Shown: positions 14,455-28,156 of the stretch, in pieces
Layout of the letters: every line of letters begins with the position of its first letter
How positions within the stretch are numbered: the first letter of the stretch is position 1
From: Chrysomallon squamiferum
Lineage: Eukaryota; Animalia; Mollusca
DNA length: 64,000 nt
Direction: 5' to 3'
NCBI GenBank assembly: GCA_012295275.1
Contig: CM022665.1
Location: 26,908,001 to 26,972,000, forward strand
The notes under the pieces: generated by a model
What the model saw: the letters and a program-made list of their open reading frames with translations, nothing else
The model's database searches: none
What the model was told of the DNA's origin: nothing
Program-made: the position numbers and the translations under genes

Positions 14455-15402
14455 GTAAAAATCGATTACCATCACAGGCCGACATAAATACAGGTAGTAA
14501 AAACAGTGATATCTATTACGAATTATTCTATTCAATGCTCTGATCTTCGATTGACTTAGACATATGTATTACTGAAATAATGCATTCTTCACTTGGAATA
14601 AAAAAAACGTAACAGTCTCAGACAGTGAAAAACGGAATGGTTTTTTTAAATTATTTAATATTATAAAGGAATTTTATATGGACAAATAATATTATTATCA
14701 TTATTTTCATATCTTGACTGTTATTATTATTTTAATGATGTTGCTGTTGTTGTTGCTGCTGCTACTGTTGCAGTTATAATAATAATAATAACAGTAATAA
14801 TAATAATTGTTATTATTATTATTACTATTATGATTATTATTATTTTTGCAGCATACTTTTTTTCAAACATTATTCTCACCGTGCTGAAGGCATTTAAAGC
14901 TTTCGTTTTTACTATATTTGTAATACTTATAATAATAATTTGATGATGATGACGATGATGGTAAATAATAACAGCCACAGCAACAATGACAATAACAACA
15001 ACAACAGCAAAAAAGTAACCAATTTTAAAATACAAATAACCAAAAAAAAAAAAAAAAAAATTATTTCCTAGAAAAATTAACGCTTTTACAAAGAAACGAA
15101 AGAATTAAATTGAAAACAATATTACATTACTAGCAGTAATTCCAAAAATAAGAGGAAGAGAAAATAATAATATTAACTGGAAAGAAAGAACAAAATTATA
15201 TAAATGTAATCTATATTATTTGTAGTAATTAATTTTTTTCGAACAAATAAAGGTCAGACTACAATAACCTTATGAATCCTCTTTTTTACGTCGTATCTTC
15301 AAGATGAATTGAGAAAATCCTTGTAAGCAGCTTTAAAAATAATCAATAGAAAATATAGTTTAGATTTATCTTTAGAAAACTGTTTATAAATTCCATGTTT
15401 TT

Positions 15403-15442
<40 letters not shown>

Positions 15443-16097
15443 TTAATTATTTATTATTATTATTATTATTATTATATCATTTATTAGTTATTTTATTGTG
15501 TTTTATTTTATTTATTATTATTATTTTGTTAAAACTTATTTTATTTCGCTTTTAAATCTATTTTATATTCATATTTGTTTTATTTATTTGTTTCTAAGTC
15601 TATTTTATATTATCATTATTTATATTCATTTTATTTTATTTATTTATTTGTTTCTTTGTTTTGTTTGCAACATCATGGAATGAAATAATTTCTCACCTAC
15701 AATTAAATTATTTGGAAAAGTTAATTTTTGTTAGTTTCTTAATCGCACTTACGAGTCTAAGCTAAAGCAGTTTCACATCTAAAATGTTCTGTTACACTTG
15801 TTTTAAATAAGCTTACCCCATTATGACATTGTCCAAAGAACCTAATACACAATTCCCATTTGATCTTAATTGTATACTAGTCCTAATGAAATATTTAAGA
15901 CCTAATGGAAATACCCCACTGAGGTTAAAAATGAAAATTAGCTTTCGTCTTTTCGAACTGTCAGTTTTGCTTTAAACAAGAGTTCAAAATGGCTGACATA
16001 ACTTGAAGCCAAATCATTTTTTTATTCTTTATTTAACAAGAAACAGTTTAAAAATATATTTTATAAATTAAAATGTAAATAATCTGGTAATTTTAAA

Positions 16098-16130
<33 letters not shown>

Positions 16131-17029
16131 AACTACTACTACTACTACTAATAATAATAATAATAACAATAATAATAATGTAATGAATGTAAAAAATATA
16201 AATAAAAAGTACAAGAATGAAAATATTATTTTAAAAGGCATACTAAATGCTTCAAAATAATTTAAAATGGTGAAAAAATAAAAAAAAAAAAAAAATAAAA
16301 AAAAAAAAAAATCCCCCAACAAAAAAGTAAGAAAACAAAACAACAAAAAGAATTTAACATTTAAAATAATTTACTAAAAAACAAACAAACAAAAATCTCA
16401 CCAACAACAACAAACCAGAAACAAAACAATATGTAATCATCAAATTAATTCTAATTCTGCAATATCATCCTCATATGTTTCTTAAATTCGATTATTTTTA
16501 ATCCGTAATTTTGTCATCTCCAGCTAGGTTTCACTTAAAATGTCTTATTTTTGTGACGTTAATTTACCCAGATGATATAACAACAATAAACGGCAATCTT
16601 CTAGTTGTAACATTAATCAGTGATTTTTATTTCGACAAGGACAGTCTAAATGTAGCAACCATTTCCCTCAAAGGCGTTTTCTAAACAAGCAGATCCTTGA
16701 TATATTCTTAGAAGATTCATAAACATTTCAACAGTGCTGGTATTATTAAGAATTTTGGTGTTTCTTTTATCAGACAATTACTAATGTGCTGTTATAATTT
16801 TATCCCGAAGGTAAAACATTAAAAAAAAAAGAAAAAAAAAGAATAGAAAAACGAAAAGAAATATGTATTTTAAGATTTCAGGTATATTAATAAATACTTC
16901 CTTATTATTTAAACTGTGATGTAAACTTTATAGTAATCTTAGTCGTGGGAAATAAATCATTAACATGTAGTATGTTAGTATTGTTTAAACCAATAGTGTA
17001 AAGTAAAAAGCACTTAAGTGTGTATGTAT

Positions 17030-17097
17030 GTATACACACACACACACACACACACATACACACACACACACACACATATATACACACACACACACAC

Positions 17098-17136
<39 letters not shown>

Positions 17137-17185
17137 TACACACACACACACACATATATATACACACACACACACACATATACAT

Positions 17186-17218
<33 letters not shown>

Positions 17219-17235
17219 CACACACAAACACACAC
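17030..17235. repeat. Compound (CA)n/(TA)n microsatellite
   Basis: Interrupted CA runs; source of several spurious HT/VC ORFs. Confidence 0.95.
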
Positions 17236-18249
17236 ACTAACATATCTGTGTGTGTGTGTGTGTCTATTCTGTTGCAAAACTGCATTAGCAATGGCTTCAA
17301 GAATGTTTATTTGTCGCTATGGCCACTGATGATGTCGTTTACTTGTCCATTCGATTCGAAAAGTGCTATTTAATGAGAATCTCAGTATTAGTAACTAGAT
17401 AATTGGATTTAGACGGCTACAGGACATTGTTAGAATACACCACAGGTACCCGCAGGATTCTTATATGCAGATAATTAAAGCGAACTAACCATTGATTTTG
17501 ATGGCTCAGTCATACATCAAACAATATCAGTGTTTGAAAAACCTAGACCTGGTTCTGTAGAGACATAGTCTTAAAAATACTTGATATTTTTATTCAGCTC
17601 TTGATCCTTATAATTATAATGCTCGATTCCAATATAGCTATAACTACTCGGTCAATTCATGGTTCTCACTGAATTAGGATTTCTCATAAAGCTCTTTTTC
17701 ATTTTTGAAACCGCCCCCGATTTGATTAATTACGACTCATGACAAGGTCATTATAAGCTTTCTAGTATTATATGGGATCGTACAACTTTTTCCTGTACAG
17801 AAGTAAACAGTACAACATTTTCCATTTACCAGAATACTTAAGGAATATCAGTGCATATAAAATTACAGAATTTTCTGTCATTTATTCCGAAATGAGACGA
17901 CATCACATTTACTTAAAACCCTTGGGATAAATACATGTACTGATCTAAAGCAAAATAATAATATGATAATTACAAATCAGAAAAAGAGAGAGTCGCGATT
18001 TAGCACATGTGCTGATTAGACATACCTTCTCTGATTGTTTATTTTATAAGTATTTTCTCTTTAATAATGATTAGACCCTTTAATATTCTTATGTATAATT
18101 ATTTGTTTTACAGTTGCTGTAAGATTATACGCAGTAAGACAAAAAATGTAGAATGGTGTAGATATGCTATTAAATTATCATATGATTACCATTACAGTAA
18201 ATGATTAATTGTTAGAAAAAGGATTATTAGCATTATTTCTTTTTTCTTT

Positions 18250-18660
18250 CATTGATTACTTTGAATGGCTCTATTTTATTGTTTCCTTTAGTAAGCTCTG
18301 TTTCATTAATTATTTTTGATATTTTCTTTTTGATTATTATTTCTGTTTCACTCGTTCTTCTGTTACTCTTTATTTCACTGGTCCCTTCAATGGGCTCTCT
18401 TTGACTGGTTCCTTTAAAAGTCTAGGTTTTAGTGGGTCCTTTGACACTCTGCATGTCTCTAGTTCCTTTCTTAGGCTCCATTTTACTAGATCCTTCGATT
18501 ATTTCACTGGTTCCATTTAAAAACTCTCTTTCACTGTTGATTTTAATTTAATTTTTTTTTTTTTTTTCTTAATATGCACTATTTCGCTGGTTACTTAAAC
18601 AGTCTTTGTTTGGCCGATACCACTGAAACGCTCTACATCACTAGTATTAGTAACAGCGGT
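18250..18660. repeat. Highly degenerate short-period tandem repeat (CTCTNTTTCACTGGTTCCTTT-like)
   Basis: Recurring TTTCACTGGT(T/C)CCTT and CTCT...TTT units. Confidence 0.45.
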
Positions 18661-18914
18661 AATAAAATGTCGTCTATAGTACGTGAAGATTTATCACTCT
18701 TTTCCCTGACTGATTTAGAAACACGTCTAAAGATGTCACTTGGACAGTTTATTCGATTATTGTCCTGTCTCCCGGTTCTTCTTTTTCAACATCTGCAGCA
18801 TTGTTAACCAAAGTTTTATCTTTTCTTCCACAAAGAGTATTGGTTCTATCTTTAATGTGACAGATAATTACGTAAAGAATATATGAAATGCACCTGCAAC
18901 AATCAACGATTACA

Positions 18915-18957
<43 letters not shown>

Positions 18958-19297
18958 GAAGAAGAAGAGAAAAAGAAGAGGAAAGAAAAAATCGAAAATA
19001 AATAAAAACGAAATTGAAAGTAATAAAATAAAATAATCAGTCTTTGTTTAAAACGTGATAGAATTAAACGTTCACGCTTCACGTTGTTCTAACGTTAAAT
19101 AGCTTATCAAAAATAAATTAAATAAACGAAATATTATTGACTTGTTAATCGCTATTAAATGGTACCTAATATAATAATATTTTATGGACAGAGTAGCAGC
19201 AGCAGTCATAGTAACAGTAATAGTATTAGTAGTTGTTGTTTTTGTTGTAATAATAGCAGCAGTAACACAACGAAAACAACAACAAAATATATTTAAA

Positions 19298-19338
<41 letters not shown>

Positions 19339-21226
19339 TTTAAAAACCGAATAGGAAAAAAAAAAATAAACAATAAACAAAAACTGGAAACACATGAATT
19401 ATGTAATACAAATTTAATAAAAAATAAAAACAAAATGAAAATACATAAATAAAGCATCGGTGTAATGAACTAGTTTCATGGTTAGGGAATGTAAAGTGTG
19501 CTGTCGTAATTATGTCAGTAACAAAGAATGTATCTGTTGTTGGAAAATCGGTGTTGTAAGCCTACCTGGGTGTGCAGTGCTAGATTTAGACAAGCTATAA
19601 CGTATTGCCTCGCAGTCTGAAGGAACCTCTGAGAATACCAGAATTTTTATTTCATTTAATTATTTATTTATTTATTTATTTATTAATGATTTAATCTAAT
19701 TAAAACGATTAAAAATCTAATTAACAAAAATTAACATTATCTGATTAACAATTTTTTGCATTTAAACGTTAGACACCACTAATTAGCAACTAATTTACAG
19801 TATTACTGTCCAGGCGATAAACACGTTTAAACTGAATATTTTAATAGAACCATTCTTTTGCATTTTGACATATTCTTACAACGTTCAGCTGTTACAGTCT
19901 TAAAGCCTGTTGTCGACTGCCAAAAAGGATCTCTACACAGTCCCACAGATTACAGATCATTATGTCTAAATCTCTCTCTCTCTCTCTCTGCCACCCCCCC
20001 GCGAGTATGTGAATGTACACAGAATACTTTCAAGTTTTGTTTTAGATACGATTGTATCATGATTAATAACCCTATATAAAAATGAAAATACACTTTAAAA
20101 AAGTAATAATAATAATAATAATAATAATAGTAAAAATTAAAACATAAAAAAACAAAATTCTTTAATATTTGTCAAGAATAGCAAATTCTTGTGTGACAAA
20201 CTAGAAACAAAAATGTCAGTGAGCTTTTTTCATGAATTTACATCTACATACACAAATAAACATCATACAAAACAATTTATAAAACCACTCAAATTATATA
20301 CGTCAAAAAAAAAAAGAAAAAAGAAAAAATATATAAAAGAAAATAACTAATATTTTAAAATCAAATACAAGAAGTAAATCATTAAATATCAGTGACAAAA
20401 ATTACAAATCATATTATTAAAGGATCAAATTCATTATAACAAATGGTCTGACAATAGTAAGTAATTTTGTTATCATGGTTGACTTCCGATATTTAGTTTC
20501 TCTGCTGACGTCTGAACTGAACGCCACAACGGACTGAAATCAAACTGACGGCTGTCAAGACATACCTATTACACAGTGGATGAGATTAGTACACGCCTAC
20601 CTCGTTAACAGATTACAAATAATAGACTAAATTTCAACTGTTTCGTTGCCGATTTCATTGGTTTGACTATCTTTTTATTAGAGTAATGTTATTTGATCAC
20701 TTTTCTCCCTAAAGAATACAATTGTGAGACAGTAACATCACTTTATTTTTATTTTATTTTATTTTTACTTTATTTATTTATTTTGCTAATTAATTAATTT
20801 ATATACTTATTTATTCATTTACTTACTTTATTTTGTTTACCTTTTGTTTTCTTTCTAGATTTGTTCTTCTTTTTGACATTTGCTTTATTTAATATCATTG
20901 TTTTTTTATTTACAATTAGTTATATATATATATATATATTATATTAGTTATTATTATTATTATTATTTTTATTATTATTTTCATCATCATCACATTTTTG
21001 TTGTTGTTGCTAAAATGCTTTTTATAAATATTATTATTTATTATTATCTGGCATTCATTTAGATACACTTGAAGATAACAACAGAATCGCTCTGTGTTTC
21101 GAATCACATAAATACTTTCTTTAACTACCATCTGCTGAGCTTAAAATGATTAATATTTACTTCAGTTGCTGAATCATGCTAACATCTGCTGGACGTTGTA
21201 GAAACAGCAATTCATTTTTACTGACG

Positions 21227-24200
21227 TCAAATCTTTGAATGAAGTTTTTTCACAGACTCATATAAATCATTATATGGTCCTTCTATTTCTTCAAGTTCCA
21301 GATCACAAAATCCAAGGTTGGTGTTACTTTGACAAAATTTCATCCTAAGTTTTGTATTTACAGATTTACGACTGTACACAGCTACAAGTTTATGAACAAT
21401 GCTAGCGGTTTTGACCTCGTTTGTTCTATATCCCTGGCAAAGTTTCCGTGCTGTTTCTGCAGGAGTCATGGGTATATCTTTGATGACCCATCTGAAGAAC
21501 AAAAAGGCACAAAAAGATTAAATATTCTGATTGTAAGCTGGATTTAGGCACACGCTAAGCAAGTTAAAGTTAACGATCCTCTCAAAATATAAAGATGTTA
21601 TCTTTGTAACAGTTTTAGTGTAATTTATAAAATCTACTGATATAACATAACATGTTTAATGAAATAATAGCAACATAGTAATCTTAATATCATTTTTCTT
21701 TACTAAATATCTTGAAATAAAATATTTTTAATATTGTAGTATAGCAAACTTTCCTCTGCATAGATTTATTTTTCATCTTGGCTGCATTCTTTGTCAAGTT
21801 CAGTTGTTACAGTTTTATGTTTTGTTCATAACGTCCGGTACTTTCAGATAAGGTCAATGGTCAGCAACTTGGGCGCTAGTGGTCATCAGTGAACATTTGC
21901 CTGGCTACCATGGACACTGGGCCTTTTGGAGACGATGAGTGGGCATCGAATTTCATTCAAAGAATTGGTATACTTTTTTCTTGACACCCATTACTTTTCA
22001 GATGTCTATGCTTAATTTTATCTAGTGTTTTATAATGCGTAGTGTTATAATCCACATTTAAAAGGAAGGAGTTGTGTTTCTCTTACATGTTTATACAGAG
22101 TTTAAATAGTTAAAAGTTAAAATGTAACAATATTTTAAAATACATTTTAAGAAATAACTTTTAAGGTTTAATTCTAAAATTATGTTGATATTCCAAATTT
22201 ACACCTATGAAAATGGGAGATACATGAAAACAGTTTGCGATCACTGGCTTAGGACCTTACTGTTTCCAAATACGGCCCTACCTGATAGTGTATTCTTTAC
22301 CGAACAGAATAGTATTTCTGTTAACTGGTTCGCTGGGAGTGGCTTTTCGCAGTATTCACAGAAGTCACGACCTGGCTCTCAACAGCGAACCAGTTAAACG
22401 GCATTGAACAAAATGCAATGTTTTTACCTCTTTGACAGTAACCTAATTTAACACAATATTTTTTACAGTATGCAAAGAAATACTGAGCTATTTCAGGCTG
22501 TCATGAATATATATGCAAACACACACTTATATATATGCATATATGCATGTGTGTGTGTGTATGTGTGTGTGTGTGTAAAAAGAGATGCACAAGTAAAAAA
22601 CAGTATTTTTCTATTTACCCCTTTTTAATGTTTCCAACATCCCTTGACTGAATTATTGGTCTTCTTGCTGTTACATTTCTAAAAAGAGATCAACATAAAT
22701 TAATGCGATTTAAATAAAATACAAATAAAACTCTATAATATAATATAATATAATGTAATTAAAAATATGTATAATAAAAAATAATAAAAAATAAAAGAAT
22801 AAAATAAAATAAAATTCTTTACATGGTTTGTGAGATCAAAAACATAATGATATGTTTCGTAACGTAATTCTCAAATTCATTAATTAAATCTATGTTTATA
22901 ACTGTCATAATACTTACAACATGGGTGCACAATCCGAAGAAATCTGTAAGAAAGTAGCAGTATTAGTAGTAGTAGTAGTAATAATAATAATAATATCAGC
23001 AATTTCAACTACTTCATTTTATTTGTGACTTAATAGTTTACTCGGCTTAGAGTTAAATGAAGCAAATATCTGTTCCTTTTTAACTCGGTCTCTTTTTTCG
23101 GGTGGTGGAATGTGGAGAAATCGTGATTATCGAACCAATGTTATTAATAAAAAGTATATTTTGTGTGTCTGTGTGTGTGTGTGTGTGTGTGAATGTATGA
23201 ATTGGCATCTATCTCACTTAAAATAAATTACTTACAGCACTTGACATCTGACTCTGATGCACGGGAGGATTTTCTATAGAAAAAACAAAGTAATAAAACT
23301 AATAGTATTAGCAGTACTAATAGTAGTAGTAGCAGTAGTAGTAATAATAATAACAACAACGATGATGATGAAAGTAGAATAACAGTATTTTGTATAGTTG
23401 TGTATATATAATAAATTTATAAGGCCATATTTACCAACTTGGTATAGCTTTAAGTTATATTCTGCCATGACGGTGGATATCGACATATATACGCATAAAA
23501 TACACACATATATTAGATTGCCTGTATTCTGAGTGATGCAGTGGATGCATATTCGCCTGAATCTCGTTCTCTCAACCTGCTCCTACACACAGTGTTTGTC
23601 TGTTTATATATGCCACTCCTAGAGCCTTGCAAAGTTTCGAATATTCGATTATTCAATTCGAAATCGTCCTGAAGATTTGAGTCGAAATCGTTCTGAAGCT
23701 TAGATTCGATTCAGTTCGATTTTTGTGCATTCGGACAATTGTAAAAAGAGGAAAGAACTATCTGGCCTACCGTTCGCATTAATAAACAGTAACAAACAGT
23801 TTAAAACAACAACAACAAACATCAGTAACAACTAAGACACCTCACATTTTAAGGGCCCTTGTAGCTAGGTATGTACATATGTTTTAGGAATGATTTCAGT
23901 TTACCTCGTTTGTGCTGATTAATAATACTGTCGATCTTAGACCCCATAGAAGAATCATCACGAATTTCAACGGAAACTCCTCCATTTTTAGTTGTATGCT
24001 TTCGATTAAAGTACGAATAGTAAAGACTCTTTTCATTAACTGAAATCCAGTCAACTATTCCTACCGATTCCATCTTTTTTAGGAGATATAAGCGTCGGTT
24101 GCCATCGACAACGAAGGGCTTTCCTTGATGAACCATGACATCAATTTGTGGCAGCTCATCTTGTGGTCTCTTGTGTTTCAGAAGCTCTCTTAAAGACGAA

Positions 24201-24274
24201 TCTAATGTTCTTCCGTCTCGGAATTTGTAGTCTATATTATTTTGTGCGTGATACAAATGTGATGGACGATACAT
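21227..24274 (-). CDS. ParB/Srx-like domain protein, copy A (~252 aa; N-terminal ParB-like domain, linker, ~88-aa C-terminal segment)
   Basis: Exons 24274-23905 (MYRPS...VVDGNRRLYLLKK...QHKR, phase 1), 23273-23236 (ENPPVHQSQMSSA), 22943-22918 (ISSDCAPML), 22678-22619 (NVTARRPIIQSRDVGNIKKG) and 21491-21227 (WVIKDIPMT...LHSKI*). All GT-AG, phases 1/0/2/2 compatible, 759 nt. A frame-preserving 15-nt microexon is possible at 22442-22428. Confidence 0.8.
23630..23740. mobile_element. TCGA-rich MITE-like relic in intron 1 of copy A (counterpart ~44450-44508)
   Basis: Dense TTCGA/TCGAA motifs including the palindrome TCGAATATTCGA in an otherwise CpG-poor background. Confidence 0.35.
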
Positions 24275-24363
24275 TGTGAAATATAAATAATATTAGCGTA
24301 CACGAAACTATCACGATCTTCAGTTAGGCTGATAAATAATGTTAGTCGTTCAATGATGGAGAC

Positions 24364-24475
24364 GAGTTTCGTTTATATATTTTTCAGTAAGTGAAAGTGA
24401 AACTAGGGGGATCTTTTCGCGAATGTTCTATTACAGTAATCCACGTCATTTCCACGAATATAAAGAAATGAAAGT
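24364..24475 (-). promoter_or_regulatory. Copy A promoter: TATA + ISRE/IRF-E + kappaB-like + CRE-like + GAS
   Basis: TATATAAA (minus, 24372-24379); AAGTGAAAGTGAAACT 24389-24404; GGGGGATCTTTT 24406-24417; TGACGTGG (minus, 24441-24448); TTCCACGAA 24450-24458; GAAATGAAAGT 24465-24475. Confidence 0.75.
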
Positions 24476-27400
24476 AGGTTAACACCTATTCTCCAAAATA
24501 AAACGCTGACTTTAAAAAATAAAAAAAGTAGTTTTATGTCGGCAGGATATTATTATACTACACAGCTACAATATTTTAACTGAAAATCTAGTGGTACACA
24601 CACAATAAAAAAAAAAATATATATATATAATAATAAAAAAATATAAAAATCCGAAAGAATGTGTAAAGAGATTTCTAGGAAAGAAGTGTACGTTTCAGAT
24701 ATTGCATGCAATCTACTTTTATACACAGTAATTTATTCGACACGAATGTCAAATAGAGTCATAAGTAAATTGTAATAAATGACACAAATATCATCCGTAT
24801 TTTACTTTGAGCTTGTGTGTATAATGTTATTATTTTATTAATGTCTGTATATGTTAATATTTTACTGAAATATTACATACGTATTATCAACAAACGCAGA
24901 AATATTTCCAAAGGGGTGTAATGAGCGATAATGTACCTCTGTCTTTATAATTAATCAATGTGTGTATATATTACTATATTGTACTCATATGTGTGTTACT
25001 GTATTTTAATAAGGTACATAATTGTTATTGTTAGACTAATGTGTCTGTATTTTAATGATGTTTGCATATTTCTCTATTTTACTAATCTTCGGATTACTGT
25101 ATTTTAATAAGGTGCATAACTGTTCTTGTTTGACTAATATGTGTGTTACTATATTTTAATAATGCCATTTAACTGTATGTTAAACAGCAAGATCGATCGA
25201 TAAAGATTTAAGGGAAGTAACTCTTGGTATATTAGAAATTTGGCCTGCACACTCAGTTAATCTATATTTTCTGAAAAGGAGATCTGACCTCGGTTTCGAC
25301 AGAGCCAGTGTCAAGATGTTTTCCAGTTACTTGCATCCCGCCCCCAAAAACTGCCAACTTCGAGTTTTAAAAATATGTTTTGTAGAAAAAAAAGAAAAAA
25401 AAAAGAAAACCTGAAACTGCTAAATGTATTTTAAATTGCAAGAATAAGTACCACCAGATGCCAACAACACCAACATTAAAGGCACAGTTTCCATTAATAT
25501 GGTAGTGGCCTTGTTTCCCCAACCTTTAACAACTGATTTAAGTTTAACAAATTATTGTTAGTGCTGAAAAACAAACTGGTTATAAACTAACAGTGAGCTG
25601 TCTATAAACTAGTACAGGTATATTTTCATTTTATTATGTTTTTTTCTGAAAACAATATTTTGTATAAAATTGTGACTCTTAAAGGTTGGTAATGCACCTC
25701 TGTGAGGTCTGCATTCTAGGCTATTGTCTAAGTGTCTTCTTCCCATCTAACCCCTTAATGTTCTGTATTATATACTGGAGATGTATATAAAAATATATAT
25801 ACATATATATATATATACACACACTGGGACTAAGGTTAGTTTATGAATGTGCATGTTGCTATTTCACAATACTGACATGAATCGTAATTTATGAAGACGG
25901 CACAAATATGTTTCCTTGGCTTAAATGTGAACAAAACAACAGCACATAGAAGAGAGTTGGTAAAAAGATCCCCTTTGGGGTAAAACGCCCACTGGCTTTG
26001 TAGCAAAGTGTGCATTTGAACTGAAACCAGAAACTACATCGTAAGATTCCAGTGACGTCACAGGTACATTCCTCCTATAGTCCGAAGCCTTACTTCCAAA
26101 ACATGCAAATACTTAATCACAGTTCGTATTTTTGACAAATACTGATAATATTTTACGATTATTAGTAGTCCTGTTTTAGGTTAAAGAATTGTCACATTAG
26201 TGCGAAGTAACGAATGGACCGATTGGCTTTATATTTACTAACTTGTTTTGATTTATGACAGAATAGTTGATGAATCATTCATTAAAATTGTGCACCGGGT
26301 AAGAGCCCCGTTGTAGCCCTTTTGCCCCAGGCCTGGGATGAAAAGCCCCACAACAAGGTATTATTCTTTAATAAATGTGAATATTATGTTATATTGTTTT
26401 AATATCGCAACTATACCAATTTGTATACATTATAGTTATTGTTTATAACGGGGGAAAGTTGCTAAATATATATATATTTGTGTGTGTGTATATATATATA
26501 TCAGTGAAGAAATAATAATTTAAAAAGAATAAGAATGAAATACTGAAGCTCAAGAAAATGTAAAATAGAAAGCTATTTTTATACTGTTTCTCTATTTTAC
26601 TATCTAGGCAGCTACATGTGTATATAAAATATATTTATGTCACTACATTTCGTACTGATGTAATAAAAGAAAAATTCATTTCGAAAGAAAAATTTCATTT
26701 TATATTTCATGTTTTACTGCAAAGATTCAACATGTCATCTTTTCACTGGTTATTCAATATAAAGTAAGTTTTTGTTAGTGTAAATAAAATTAAAGTTGCA
26801 GTTTTATTCCTGCTTTTTATTTTATTATAGACTTATTTCACAGCATTATAGAAGCCAGTATTTTTCCTTCTTTCTAGTCAAGGTAAACATCACAGATATC
26901 AGGATTAGATACATCATCACAGAATTTCATACTAAGTTTGGTTAATTCATACTGGATAACTGTTTTGTAGTTAGAGCTCCTTGCCTTCAGAATTTGTTAC
27001 ATAAGTGACAAACGTTTAAAATAGCATCTTTACAGGATAAAGAACCAATTTTAATAACCTAAATGCAACAATAAAAAACAAAATTAAACATTTCAGTTTA
27101 TGAAGGGGTGCAAATTAATATCAGAAATCAGTTGTTTTGTTTGTTGTTGTTGTTTGTTTTTTTTTTTTTTTTTTGGTTTGTTTTCTACACTATGTTTCAA
27201 ATTACTTAATTAAAAAAAACAAAAAAAAAAAACAACAACAACAACAACAAAAACAGTATTTTATTATAAGCCAAAATAATTATCCATAAAAAAAAACACA
27301 TTAAAAAACCGAGCAATAACTTGGTACTAATATAGTACTAATGCATACAGTGAAAGACAAACATTAAGAAAGAAATACTTGTGCATGGTTATTTGTTATT

Positions 27401-27866
27401 TACCATGAGTAATTTATTAATAATTAGATCTACAAACAGAATCTTAACAAGTTAATACAATGAACCTGTATTTCATTCTTTAGTAACAAAAACTGTGTCT
27501 ACTTTTATTAGATTCAGGGGCACTAAAAACAAATATCTGACACAAAAGAATTATCATTTGAATATATTAAGAAATAGGAGAAAAGATAGTAAATAATCTA
27601 TAATTGAATATTCAAGCAAATGTAAGAGGATATTATATTTTCGATTTTATATTTACTTATTTTGTTATTATTATTATAATTAAATTTTTATATTTATTAT
27701 TATTATTTTATATATATACACATACATACATACATACATACATTATTAAATAATTGTAAAACACATATTTTGTTGAAAACCTTAGAACAATAACTGGATG
27801 TATTTTTGTCTTAAGTCATTTGGAACAATATTCTTGGAATGCGTATTTTAGCTCATTTCGCTGTTG

Positions 27867-28108
27867 TCACTTTGGTGAAACACGATAAAGTTCTGACCGA
27901 CTGGATCTCAAATTACTGAACATTTTTATGAGAGATGACACTTTTCGTTCCTGCAAAAGTAAAAAAAAAAAAAAAAAAAAAAAATTTAACAAAATGCAAC
28001 TGTCTGTGAAATAACACTATTATTATTTTCTTAATTGTTGCTTTCCTTCATAGACTTGCTTTAAAATAAAATAATATTCTTGGAGGTGTTTATTACTACT
28101 ACTACTAC

Positions 28109-28156
<48 letters not shown>

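Larger units (their letters stand above)
19475..25240. repeat. Segmental duplication block carrying ParB-like gene A; inverted counterpart at ~42555-48540
   Basis: 19478 CATGGTTAGGGAATGTAAAGTGTGCTGTCG is reverse-complemented at ~48505-48537; 20440-20730 matches 47640-47925; promoter and exon 1 match 43260-44500; 25201-25240 matches 42556-42596. Confidence 0.9.

Noticed and set aside
16905-17373. Several long ORFs rich in HT/VC/CV dipeptides
   Set aside because: Translations of (CA)n/(TG)n microsatellites; the same applies to the ORFs at 8561, 9568, 14027, 36588, 41608 and 50188-50689.
22182-22397. ORF with a counterpart at 46244-46432
   Set aside because: Antisense to an intron of gene A and the frames are not conserved at the 5' end; similarity is explained by the inverted duplication.
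23849-23904. C-terminal KLKSFLKHMYIPSYKGP of the 141-aa ORF
   Set aside because: Lies past a GT donor conserved in all paralogues, so it is most likely intron read-through.
23905-24274. Bacterial contamination or a parABS partition locus
   Set aside because: The domain exons are spliced, have TATA promoters and sit in microsatellite-rich DNA; there is no ParA, HTH/dimerisation domain or parS.
26052-26061. Perfect CRE palindrome GTGACGTCAC
   Set aside because: Isolated, not near a predicted TSS, and within a probable repeat-derived GC-richer patch.
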